From assembly GCA_016720655.1 (NCBI GenBank), contig JADKKE010000033.1, positions 177,923 to 241,922 of the forward strand: a stretch of 64,000 bases of DNA, in the 5' to 3' direction. The notes under the pieces were generated by a model, which saw nothing but the letters and a program-made list of their open reading frames with translations, did no database searches and had not been told where the DNA came from. Shown here in pieces: positions 20,401 to 33,100 of this stretch. Source of the DNA: Bacteroidota bacterium. Its GTDB lineage: Bacteria > Bacteroidota > Bacteroidia > AKYH767-A > 2013-40CM-41-45. How positions within the stretch are numbered: the first letter of the stretch is position 1; each line of letters opens with the position of its first letter. The translations under genes and the position numbers were made by a program.

Positions 20401-23314
20401 AGGACGCAACCATGCCAAATTGATAATGGGTCATTTCGCAGCTCATGTTGAGTTCAACTTCTGTTGCACAAAGAGCTCTGTCCCAGATTCTCAATTCATC
20501 AATCGAGCCTCTCCAGGATTCTCCACCATCCCATTGTGAACCGATCAATAAGGTTGCTACAGGGTTTAATGGCGGTACAGCGGTTGGACTTGGTATTGCA
20601 AATCCTCTTGTCTCCATCAGAACACCATCAAGATAGAAGTAGGTGTTGTCAGTGGTGCGAACAACAGTATAATTGTGCCAGGATAAATCCAAAGGAAACG
20701 GAACAGATGTATACCATGCATCACCGATACGGATAACCCCATCAAAGTTTTGTCCGATGTAAAAGTTTCGTCCTTGCGAAACGATATCAACCATTTCTCC
20801 AAAGATTGGATTGTCATATTTCGCCCAAATGGAAATTGAGTATGGACTATCATTTACAGGAATTACTTCACTCGGCACCTCTACGTAATCATCCGCCCCG
20901 TCAAAATGCAAGGCTTCTCCGGGAGAAGGAGGCAATGCTTCTCCAATTTGGAAATCACTGAATGATTGAAGTGCACCAACGGTGATGGATAAATTGTCAT
21001 TGTCATATACAGGAACGGAGAACCAGTCAGGATCATCGTATTTCGAACCGACAAAAAGGAATGGGTCGGCACTTGGATCTACATCGGTCGCTGCCCAGGT
21101 GAGATGTGCATCCAATCCCAGAATAGATGCGGTAGTGTTGGTGATCGTCCAGAATCTGTTTACACTTTTATCCTGATCAATTCCGGAAGTAACAATAGCC
21201 GGGTGATCGCCTGCTTCTGTTTTGGCAAGAATATAACCGGGATCTGTAATGGATGCAGTTAGTGTGAGTGGAACATAAGTATCCCCATCTCCAATATCGT
21301 ATGGTAAAGTAATGGAGTTGTTGAAGTAGCGCTCCATATTGCCGACTACATAACTGACTTCCGATGCGCCGGATACAGCAGTAGTTGCGCCAATCTTGAG
21401 GCTGTTACCACCGGTATAAATTTTACCCTGATCAAACAATAAATTTGCACTCACCAATTGATCACCATCGAGTGTAATATTATTGGAATTATTCAGACGC
21501 AAATTTGCAAATTCACCAGTACCTGTGATCCATTGCATATTTGTGCCACCCATATCAAATGCATCAACACTGATGATTCCGTTGTTTTGGATGGTGTCTC
21601 CAGTAAAAATCAATTCATTTCCTTGAAAAGTAGTGCCTGATTCAGTTTCAATTCTTCCTGCAAGTTCACCATTACTTCCATCAATACCCAAAGTGCCATT
21701 CTGGATTGAAAGATTACCGTAATTATTAAATGTGAAACCAGAGAAGAATGTAGAAAGGCCACCCCCGGATATGATCACTAAACCTCCAATATTATTATTA
21801 AAAATACCATCGGAAGTTGGTGAACTGATATCCGCATTATTCGTAATATCAAAAACAAAATAGTTGTTGAATACAGAACCATCAACAATAGTCATCAAAG
21901 TGTTCGAACTAAAATCACAAGTAGTGTAATTATTTAGTACAGCACCTGCTTCAAGACTATGATCAGAGTTTCCGTCGATTGAAAAACTACAACCCTGCCG
22001 TATATTAAAGACACCGGCCCCGCCGAGGTGTGTGAGCCCGCCCCAGTTAAACGACGATGAGCCCGTAAATTCAGCAACACCGTCAACGACAATAGAAGCA
22101 GTATTCATATTGATCGTACCATTACAGGTAAGATCATCACCAGCCCCGTTCAGCAAATGCAAAGTGCCTTCGGAGAGAGATAACTGTCCACCATTTTCGA
22201 TGACCAACTGATCTGCATCAATGCCTTGAGATGCATTTGAAATGTTATGACCGGCGCGAATTGTAATCACTCCGCTGTTTACTCCATCTGGTGCATCGGT
22301 AGCAGCAACCCAAAAGGTACCATCATATATTTCCCATGTTGTAGAGTCTCTCCAATTGCCACTACCCGAGGTGCGATAATCATAGTTCGGAGTTGGCAGA
22401 GTGAATTCCCAAAGCTCTGAACCATTTGCAGCATCAGTAGCTGCAACATACAAATGATTGTTGTAATTCCCACTTCCACTACCGGGAATGATATCTGCCG
22501 CTAAACTTACAGAGGATCCATCGTAGGAAAACAACTCTTGTCCGCTCGTTCCGTTATTTGCATTAAAATATATTTTTCCGTTATAAACGGTTAATTGTTG
22601 AGGAGTAGAGCTGCCAACACCCGGATTAATATCTGCAGCAAGTGACACAGTGCTTCCATTGTATTTCCACAGCTCACTTCCATTGGTACCATCATTTGCT
22701 GTAAAATATAAATCGCCGGCAAACCCAACAAAACTTGAAGGACCAGAACCAATTGCTCCAGGGCGGATGTCTGCAATAAAACTTATTGTGACGCCATCAT
22801 AAGAATAAAGTTCAGGTCCGGCCGTTCCGTTATTGGCCGTAAAGTACAGTTTGCCACCAAATACATAGAGCGATTGCGGTGAAGCATTTCCAGCACCTGT
22901 ACTGATATCCGAAACTCTCGATGCGGATATTCCATCATACACCCAAAGTTCTGTTCCGAAAACTCCGTCACTCGCCTGGAAATACAATTTGCTATTGTAA
23001 ACTGTGAGATAAGAGGGATTTGAACCAAGAGTTCCAACACGCACATCTGCTTTTAGGCTGGCAGATGTACCATTGAAAGCATACAACTCCGAACCGGTTG
23101 CGCCATCTGTAGCACTAAAAAACAGTTGTCCTGCATAGACAACAAGAGATTGAGGTACAGAATTACCAGTACCAGGATTGAGATCGGTGACCCGAGTCTG
23201 AGCAGTGATAGAATTCCTGCTAATGAGACTCATGAACAAGATAAAGAACAATACACTGAATGTTCGGTTCTTTACAGGTTGATTTTTGAAACTGTTTTGA
23301 AATTGTGTTTTCAT
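11455..23314 (-). CDS. Giant T9SS-secreted multidomain protein (about 3,950 aa), split by one frameshift near 17548
   Basis: ORF-track pieces 17471..23314 and 11455..17577 join at ...ETSTTGA|LSLVPSGGTPPY. The junction matches the continuous paralogue sequence TSTTGSLSLVPSGG. An extra C in gccatt is the likely cause. The N-terminal domains are a signal peptide, six ELWxxDG repeats, a beta-helix-like module, two LamG/ConA-like domains, two DADGDGFGN MopE-like motifs and SprB-type repeats. A subtilisin S8 domain follows (GIKIGVMSDSY...HDIAPKA...GTSCAAPHAAGVAALV). Then come the NPRVITN heptad block, an MBG-like domain, six or more SprB repeats, PKD-like domains and a T9SS CTD (YPNPTAGKLTVNF...). 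Confidence 0.8.
14644..14950 (-). repeat. NPRVITN heptapeptide tandem-repeat block in giant gene 1 (2+2+3 copies)
   Basis: The protein reads ...VLVNPRVITNPRVITNSDFANLAIVATGNALANPRVITNPRVITNTLTV...AMANPRVITNPRVITNPRVITNG. Codons vary between copies. Confidence 0.8.
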
Positions 23315-23636
23315 GTTATTTAGGTGTGTTTGTTTTCAATTCATAAATGAAAAGGTTTAAGCCAACATTCTTCAAATAGTATAATTTGAATGAAAGCGTA
23401 ATTTTCTTTTCATCGGTTTTGGTTTAAATAATCAAAGAATTATTTCAAAGATTCTTTTTGAAATAAATTCTTGTTGTGCAACAATCAGTTGTATAAAATA
23501 TATGTATTGAGGACGTTAGTCCGGACAAGCATGAAAGCATTAACAATGCTGTGAGTCTATTCTAAAAGAATAAACCGGAAAGGCAAAATGTCAGAGAAAC
23601 AGCCCTTTTCAGGACTCCAAGATAATCTTTATTGGC

Positions 23637-23657
23637 TAATTGTCAAGGCATTGGTTG
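23637..23657. promoter_or_regulatory. Conserved upstream island 1 of giant gene 1 (TAATTGTCAAGGCATTGG)
   Basis: A near-identical block, taatagtcaaggcattaggg, sits at 36093..36113 upstream of giant gene 2. The surrounding sequence is diverged. Confidence 0.35.
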
Positions 23658-23929
23658 ATGATAAAGGTCGTTTTTGGGTTAGAAATAATAATATTTTGGT
23701 AAAGGGAGTGTTACGGTTTTGGCAAACTGACTTTAAAACTTGGTGAATTTCTTGCTTCGTATTTTTTTGTTTGGTTCAAATTGTGTTCTGGCAAAGATTT
23801 TTTAGCAATTTTTTCTTTGAAACGCAATGTTTATAGGAGCCCCGGCCATATTTCCGGGTATGATGTTTCGGGAAATATTCCCTGAACTTCTCCCTGATTT
23901 TGGAATTCCAACACAAACATAGGTACATA

Positions 23930-24045
23930 AAAAGCAAAACCTAATTGGTTTTTAGTCACTTATCTCGTCAAAGCATCCGGCTGTTTGCAGATTCTGAGCA
24001 CTTGTCATTCCCAGCCTGCCAATTGAAAAATAATTTATCTTTTTT
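23930..24045. promoter_or_regulatory. Conserved upstream island 2 of giant gene 1 (AAACCTAATTGGTTTTT.G.CACTTATC ... GCCAATTGAAAAATAA)
   Basis: It matches 36375..36490 upstream of giant gene 2 with the same internal spacing. It lies about 300 bp from island 1 in both copies. Confidence 0.4.
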
Positions 24046-24094
24046 CATGGAAGCATTGGTCGAACAGGGTTATGCTTTTCTATTCATAAATAAT

Positions 24095-24142
24095 CAAACA
24101 ACCAAAAAGCCGGAGTTTATACCCCGGCTTTTTGGTTGTTTG
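24095..24142. terminator. Perfect 19-bp palindromic bidirectional terminator downstream of giant gene 2
   Basis: The element reads CAAACAACCAAAAAGCCGG-agtttatacc-CCGGCTTTTTGGTTGTTTG. Confidence 0.7.
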
Positions 24143-24197
24143 ATTTCGAGTGTTCAGAATAAAGACGTAATTATTCGGAGCACAAGTGTTGATCTAA

Positions 24198-27100
24198 TTA
24201 ATCAACGGCAACACGGATACTTTGTGTACTTCCGTTTCCATTGTCAAGACTAAACATGTAGAGACCTGTTGCCGATTGGCTCAAATCAATTTCGAAGATG
24301 TTTTTGCCTTCAACAGCATCGATGATTTCCATGAACACAACATTTCCAAGGAGGTCAACCACTTTTGCGATGTATCGTGCTTTCGCTTCGGAATTGAAAC
24401 TTACCGTGAGTATTCCCTTGGTTGGATTTGGATATGCACTCAACGATTCAGAATTAATAGCATCCTGTTCTACAGTTCTGCAACCGGCATTGATGGCAAT
24501 TGTTTTTTGTGCAGGCTGACCTGGACCGCACGCATTGTTCCCGTTGACTTTAAGTGTTGCGCTTGCCGATAAAGAGTAGTTAAAGTTTAGAGTAGCACTT
24601 GTGCCGGTAGGGATCATCGATGGGCCACCGGTTACTGACCAGGAATAGGTATTCGCTCCCTGAATTGTCGCAATTGAGTATTGTTGTGTTGAACTTTTGC
24701 AAACAGAAGCGGGACCGGTGATAATTCCGGCTGCTGCAGGCCGGGCTGTTATGGAATAACAACGTGCCACACCGGCACCACATGCATTGGTTGCTGATAC
24801 ACAAATATTCCCTGTTCCCGTGAAGGCAGCGAAATTGACGGAGATGGAAGTGGATCCGGTAAGAGGAGTGAGTGCTGTTACTCCGGCAGGTATTGTCCAG
24901 CTATAACCTGTTGCACCTGCAATGGCAACAATTGAATAAGTTACATTGGTCATTCCGCAAACCGCACTATTAGGACCAGTAATACTTCCCGGTTGAGCAG
25001 GAGCAGAATGTATTGTATATGCACGACTGAAACTACCGCATGCATTTACTGTTGTTACAGTGAGCACACCACTTGTCCAGGTCGGACTGAAATTCACAAC
25101 ACAAGAATTGTTACTTGTAGAAGCAATGTTTGCATTTCCCGAAATGGACCAGTTGTATGAAGCAGTTCCGTTGACTGAGCCCATCGAATAGGTCACTCCC
25201 GAAGTTCCGGGACAAACAAATCCCGGACCAACCAATGCATTGGAATGTGTTGGTGTTCCTGTGATACTTAGCTGTCGGGTCGAGCTAATACCAATACAAT
25301 TACTTGCATATACATTTATTGTTCCTTGCCCGAATCCCGCTGGCACACTCACCTGCACACTGTTCGTTCCCTGACCACTGAGTAGTGTTACCCCGGTTCC
25401 GGAAACATTCCAAACGTAGCTCAGAGCGTTTGCAACTGCAGGAATTGCATAAGTGTATGTTGCGGGCCCACATGCAAGAGCAGGACCAGTAATAAATCCG
25501 GGGTTAGCAGGTTTTATAGCGAGGACAGGAACGTTTTTACAATTACTTATTCCATTACCACAATCGTTCACAGGTGTTACACAAATGAAACCACCATTGT
25601 AATTATTCGCGAATGAAACAGTAATTGAATTGCTGCTGGAAATTCCGGAACAACCACCCGGCATTGACCAGATGTAACTTGTTGCTCCGGGAACAGGCAG
25701 GATGGAATAAACAATTCCACTTGTATTTCTACAGGCACCGCTTGGGCCAGTGATTGCACCGGCATTTCCCGGACCCGATCCGGTGCTGGCAACAGCAATG
25801 GTTGCATTTCCAGAACATCCGTTTACATCCGTGATTGAAACAGAATAATTTCCTGCAGCAAGACCGCTTGCATTGGCAGTTGTTCCGCCAACAGGACTCC
25901 ATAAGTAAGTATAAGAACCGGTTCCTCCGCTGGCAACAACAGCTGCAGTACCATTACTGAATCCGCAATTATCAGGCGTGGAACTTGCAAGGCCTTCTAC
26001 TTTGGTTGGTTGGGTAAGAACAACAGATTTATTCACACTGCATCCATTGGCATCTGAAACTGTAAAGGTCCAAGTTCCCGCATTGTACGAGAATGTTCCT
26101 GTTCCTGTATAGGGAACAGAGCCGCCACTTGCTGTGATTGAAATATTTGCAAAACCATTGTAGCATGGAATAGTTCCTGCAGTTGCGTAAGCATACAATG
26201 TATCCGGTTCAATGATTGTTGCGGAGGATGTAGAAGTGCAACCATTTGAATCCATCACTGTGTAATAATAGACACCTCCGTGTAGATTGGATACAGAATC
26301 TCCTGTGAAAGTATACGGTGCAGTTCCACCATCACCGGTGAGACTCACACTTGCTGTCTGTCCGGCACATACAGGCTGCGTCGCGGATGCAGAAAGTACA
26401 AGAGGATCAGGGAGTGTGAGGGATCCGTTTTCATACTGAATAGTATAATTCGAATCGGCAGCAAAGCTGAATCCGGATGGAACAATTTGATACGTTCCAC
26501 CTTGTGTCAATGGACTAACGACCTGGTCAAGATCATCCAGAATTGTAAACGTTGGTCCGGATGCAGGGGTAACACCTGTGGAGTCCTGATTTTTAAATCC
26601 GGAGACTGTCGAGGTGAATGCAGGAGTTTCAAAACAGGCAAGATTCAGATCGCCTGCAGTGACAGTAAGTGTTGCAGGAAGAATGGTGAGACTTGCCAGT
26701 TCGTAGCGGATGTCAAAATTATCAGAGAAGAATGCGCCCGGAACTACGATCCATGTACCCACGGTTGTACCTGTGATAAGATTCACAGATTTGAGTTCGG
26801 TAGTGGTATCAGTTGAGGTAACGTCATCTTCATCCAATACAACCGCAATATTATCGCCGTTGTTGGTTGTTACATCAATACTGTCTACTTGTGTCGTACC
26901 ATTGGTGATCACACGCGGATTGGTAATTACACGTGGGTTGGTAATCACGCGTGGGTTCGCCATTGCACGTGAATGCAATCCTGCTCCCGGACTTTCGAGA
27001 ACGATCAGTGAAGAATCCGCATCGAAATTGAATACCGATTCCGTAGCAAGGTCGACGATGATTGTCGAATCGATTACAGTGAGTGTATTGGTGATAACCC

Positions 27101-30100
27101 TAGGATTCGTGATGACGCGTGGATTTGCCAATGCATTTCCTGTCGCAACGATTGCAAGATTTGCAAAGTCAGAGTTGGTGATCACACGCGGATTGGTGAT
27201 CACTCGTGGATTTACAAGAACCAGAGCATTCGACATTGTCAACTGGTGACTTTGTTGAATCGAATCGAGGAAGTGAGCCTGATTAGCAGGATCAATATTC
27301 GACGGATCGTAAGTGTAATTAAACTGGAAGTCACCGATCTTGTCACCATACGTGAGTGTGGTATCTTTTGGAGAAATCACGATTGGCATTTTCTGGATTG
27401 AAATTTTACCAGGAAAGAACACATACTCATAGGTAGCCGCAAGTGCCGAATCTACAGGGTCATTAAGGTCGAAAGGCGGTCTGGATGCAGCAAGTTGATA
27501 GTTTCCAACTCCGCTTTCGCTGGATGCAGCTGTTTGGTAAATCAGATTGTCAAGGCCTACATCTGCTAATGAAAGATTGTGGTCGGAGAGCAATTCACCA
27601 TCAATCAAAATGGTGGCAGTGAATTCAGGAAGCTTTTCTCCATATTTTTTAACCTGGTCATCAGTCTGAATTGTCAGAATTGGTTTCACGGAATTGAAGA
27701 AATACAAACCATTGGAGAACCCGCCATCATTGCCATTTGGAGACATTGGTGGATTGTATACCCTGATAATAGGATTATCGCTGAAGACAGGGAACTCACC
27801 TGACAAATGATTTTCATCAATAAAGACCGTTGGGATTTCTACACCATTCAAATAAATGATTGATGAATCAGTAAAATAAGTCCCTTGTACAATAGCAATG
27901 ATTGGAGCTGTGCCCGGGGTGACGGCAGCCGTTGTTTCGATGAGTGAATCAATTACTGGTTTAGGTGTTGCGAAGGAACGGATCGCAGCAGCAGCATCGA
28001 TCAATCCTGAACCTGAAGAAAAATCAAATCCAGGTGCTCCCATATCCACAGCAGTAGATTTAAGAACGGATCGCAAAGAATCCGGCAACATTTGTTCGTT
28101 ATAAAACTTCTTCTTCGCTTGTAAAACAAGTGCGGCCACACCAGCAGCATGCGGAGCAGCGCAGGATGTTCCGTAGAAGTTATACAAATTGTCGTGCTCT
28201 TCATCTTTGGAATAAAAATTCACAGAGGTATTGACTCCATCCGGAGCAGTAAAGTCCGGCTTGTTGCGCACCTGTCCGCGCACGGGTGCTCCACCTACTG
28301 AAGAGAATGTTTCGATGATTGGAGCAGCATGATTGAAGACAGGAGTTTGTGTATAGCGCGCCGCTCCCACTGACATAGCACCATCGCAATTGGCCTGGCC
28401 AATAATCGTTGACCCACCATTTGCATGCTCATCAATGGTCATATCGCCACGGAATACTACATATTTAAAATGCATCGGCGTGACAGAGTCCTGAGTCCAT
28501 GAACGGACAATCATTATGTTTGCGTCCACATTTGACTTAACCGTGAAAGGCAGGACTTCAATAGGATCACCCCAGTTATTTTTTCTATTCAGTCCAAATA
28601 ATTTTGTTCCTGTGATATCTGTCAGGTATACATCGTAATCGTTTCGGGCTCCAGGTAATTGTTTCATTGAATAAATGGAATCATCCCATTGCAATACCAA
28701 AGTATAGGCACCTTTTTTCAATGAAATTTTTTGCAAATAATCCCCCCCTCCAAAATCATGTGCTCTTCCAATGACTCCGGCCGGAGCTTGCATGGCGTTG
28801 AAAACACCCTCATAAGAAGTATTTCCAAAATTTCCGGCAGATGTGAAATAACTCACACCCTGATCTCTTACATAATTTACAGCCTGGGAAACAATTCCAT
28901 CCTGAAAGAATGGTTCTGTTATATACGTTACATCGTCCACGATCACATCACAGGAGTCTTCCTGAAGAGCAACGATACCTTCGGCAAAATCTCCGGCGCT
29001 GATAAATCCAGTTCGGAATGCAAGCTTAGCCTTTGGAGCGATGTCATGTACGATTTGCAACATCGCGCGTCCTTCATCCAGCCCTTTGCCGAGCGGGTAT
29101 TCAAGGACAACTTCTACCGGTTCGGTATTGACTGGATTTCCCGGTCCTGGTAAATCATGGTTGCTGATATCGATATTTTTCGGATTTCCGGAAATGGTAT
29201 TGTAGCTGTCGGACATGACACCGATTTTGATCCCCGATCCATCGAGACCAAACATTGATCGCGCAGAATCAGATTTCATTGAACGATCTCCTTGCGAATT
29301 GATAAAACCTGCAGCGGCTACCGGAGAATAATTCGAGCGGGCAAAATTGATCAGTGCAGGAATCGAATCCAGTTTTTTCAAATTTTCGACGGGAAAATAA
29401 CCGGTGATTGTAATTGTTGTATCACCGTTATCTATAAGACCTGTCATTCCATACGCTGGTGATTGCAACAAAGCATATGTTGCAGGGTACTGATTGATAT
29501 TGGTAATTACATCAATCAAAACATCACCCAAACTATCAAATTGAAAGATGACATTATTGGTTTCCGGGCCTATCGAGTCAGGGTTCTCGTACAATTGTGT
29601 CAATTCAGGACCAAGTACAGTATTCACTTTTCCGCTATCCGGTGCATTGTAATACGGGAGAATGCAATTGGTAACAAAAACTTCAGTGAGTTTCGTAAGA
29701 GAACAGCCATTGTTATCGGTAAGCAGATACGAATAAGTGCCTGCGACCAGATTGCTTGTATCTGAGCCGGTGATAGAGTAAGGAGAAGTACCTCCGGATG
29801 GAACCAGCGATAAACTTCCTGTTGTTGAAGTCTCCAGACAAACAATAGTGCTGTCAGTAATTCCGGCTAACACAAGTGCATCGGGTTGGCTTACAAAAAC
29901 ATTAGTTGCAGCAGTACAACCTGCATTATCAGTAATCGCATACATGAAAGAAGTATCGGCAGCACTAAATCCGGAAAATGACTGTGCACCATCATTGAAA
30001 TAAGGAGGAGTTCCTCCGCTGCCGATTACATTGACAAGAAAACCATCGCCATGGCAATTCGGTGAAAAAGGAGTCACGGAAATTCCAGGAGTTTCATTAA

Positions 30101-33100
30101 CTGTGATAGAAATGATGCCACAAGAACCCGGCGTTGAACATCCACCTTCACCTCTTGCAAAATAGGTAGTTGAAAGGAGGGGAGTCACGGTTATCGAAGG
30201 ACCATTCCCGATGGGTGAGCCACCACATGATCCTTCGTACCAAAACCAGTCGGTTGCATCGTTTAAATTTCCGGAAGCGATCGAAAGAGTTGTACTGGCG
30301 CCACTACAAAGTATTGTGGAGCTTGCAGAAATCGTTGGAACATCTGGTTCATTGCAAGCGGTCAACAATTCTCCAACCTGAAAATCTCCAAAAGTAAAGA
30401 CACCGGCAATTGAAAGATCCGTAGCATTTTGAGCAAAAGTTGACATGGAGCCCCAGTTCGGAGCATTGTATTTATATGCAACAAAATTGGATGGATTAGC
30501 ACCCGCATCAACATCCGCCGTATCCCAATATAAATACACATAACAAGCATTATTCGTTAGCGCATCTGTTTCGATATGGTAATTTTTATTTACTGTTTTT
30601 GCCGTGTTAAGTCCTGAGGAAGCAATTGCAGGATGATCACCCGCATCTACGCTTACCGTTACAGTACCATTCGTGAGCATACCATTCGGCAAAACTCCGA
30701 TACGTCCAAAATGAATTGAATCGCCAACTTCAAAATAGAAGAGAAATGGAGTTGCAAAATAATGCGACATATTTCCGTCAACCCAACTAAACGAACTTGT
30801 TGCAGTTGATACATTCGTATCCATGATCATTGTGTAGGGACGAACATGAATAATTCCAAGACCAAATATCACATTGTTGACAATGGTTTGATCGGATCCC
30901 ATTCTCAGACCATTTGCATTGTACATGTATAAATTGCTGATCCTTCCCATTGTGCTTCCGCCCAAATACTGGCGGTTAAGACCATCGAAAATCAGGTTGT
31001 TCAATGCAATTGTTCCATCATTAATGATCGTATCACCTGTAAAATGCATCTCTTCATTTCCTGCAAGTGTTGCACCGGATTGAATTTCATAATATCCTGA
31101 ATGGACACCTATATTTCCAGCAATACTATAGGGAGTATTTATGGTAAAAGAGCCGCTACTTACAATAACTCTTCCGTAATTATTAAATACAACATCATCA
31201 AAGGAACCGGTGCCGGTTGACGTTTCGCCATTTCCGTTTTTCACAATTATTCCACCCGGCATGTTGTTTACGAATGCATCAAAATCGAGCGCTCTGAAAT
31301 CATCATCACTATTGATGTTGAGTGTTCCATAATTGTTAAGAAACGTACTATTGAAAATCTGGATAGCTCCGGTGTCCCAGTTGCAGGTAGAATAATTGTT
31401 CAGGATGGTTCCGTTTGTCAGGCGGTGGTCGCCTGCTCCATTAATTGTGAACGTTGCACCACTTTGAATATCCATCGTTCCATCTGAGCGGATGACAGAG
31501 AAGTCATTCCAAGTGAATGATGCGGTGTTTTCAATTACCACACTGGCGGAATTTAAACGTAAGGTCCCGGAAGTGATAAAGCTTGTTCCGGTAATGATAA
31601 ATGAACCCTGGCAACTAAAATCTGTTCCGGCTCCATCATTTAAATCAAGCCTTCCATTTATTATGGAAAGCGATGCGAGCGGAGTGACAGTCAATTCATC
31701 AGCAGTTTGGTTTGTTGTAATTGCAATATTGTGATTAATTGTAATGGTACTATCGGACGCAGAAGGAGGAACGGAGGCTGTAATCCAGGTGCAACCGTCA
31801 AATACTTGCCAATTTCCAGCAACACTCCATTCACCATCAGCTTGTGTTCGGTATTCATTTGTCGTAATACACTCATCAATTACACTGTTGCAATTGTCAT
31901 CGATCCCATTGAAAAGAATTTCCGTTGCTCCCGGATTTGCCAAGGCATTGCTGTCGTCGCAATCTGTGCTGTCCGCAACATAATTCAGTGGAGCGAGGCA
32001 ACCGGCATATAAAAATTGAGTTTGATCTCCATATCCATCTCCGTCTCCATCCAGGTAATAAGGGACCAGAACACATGGTGTATCGATGGTAAAACTTGAC
32101 ATTTCTGACCCCGTACATTCGGATGCACTACCACCGGCGTTATAAGGATAAACGACTATGATGTAATGACCAATCGCCGGCATTGGAATGTCGAAACTGG
32201 TTCCCACAATTACTGTGTCAAAGCTAAACGAGTTGGAAGGTTGATCATTACCCGAAATCGTGTAGAAAGTGGCTTCAGGAATTGGATCAAAAGAAATGCT
32301 GAGATTCGGACTGCTGTTTGGATCTGTAGTGGAGCCTTGAAGTGGTAATGTGATCGTTGTTAAACATGGAGGAGCAACGTATTGAAAAAACGTTTTTAAA
32401 CTTAAGCCCCCTCCAAAACAACCGGCATCATTTCTTGAACCATCACTGATATCATTGTATCCCGGATTTGGGTCTCCGCCATTGATAGCATCGGAGCCGG
32501 GGAAAAGAGCGCCATCGGAAACAACGATTGTATTGGAAGTCCCTGTATTCGTATTGTCCGGAGTAAAACCTGCACTGAAATCAATGCCGCTGCCGGATTC
32601 TTTTCTGAAGAAGTTATAATTGAATTCCGCAGGCTGACCATCCAGAACCTCGTAGCCGAAAGTAGTACATTCATTTACATAAATCAGATTGTTTTGACAA
32701 GCCAATTTGGTCCACCGGCAAAACAAGCGGCAATATTGCACGAACCCTTACTGATAATGGTATTGTTTACAAAAAAGCTGTTGCCGGCATTGTAAACAGC
32801 AGTTGTATTCGCCAGACCACTGGGTCCGAGACCTCCTCCTTGCCAGAGCATAGAAAGTAAGTTGTTCGAGATGTACAGTGGATTTTGGTTGTTGGTAAGC
32901 AAGATTGCATTTCCGGTCTGTGTGATGTAAACCTGATTGCCAAGAATCAGGATTTGCTCATCTGTGTTTGTCGCATTTGCAATATTTATTCCATCACCAT
33001 CGGCAAACACATAGCATGCCCGAATGACACCACGACCCGTTGTAATGCCAGTTCCACTTCCGCTTTGGAAAACAGAATCACGTTCAAGAATGGGAACGCC

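Noticed and set aside
23588-23746. A 52-aa ORF (MSEKQPFSGLQDNLYWLIVKALVDDKGRFW...) in the upstream region of giant gene 1. It overlaps a conserved island.
   Set aside because: The homologous island upstream of giant gene 2 has stop codons in the corresponding frame. The conservation is therefore non-coding.
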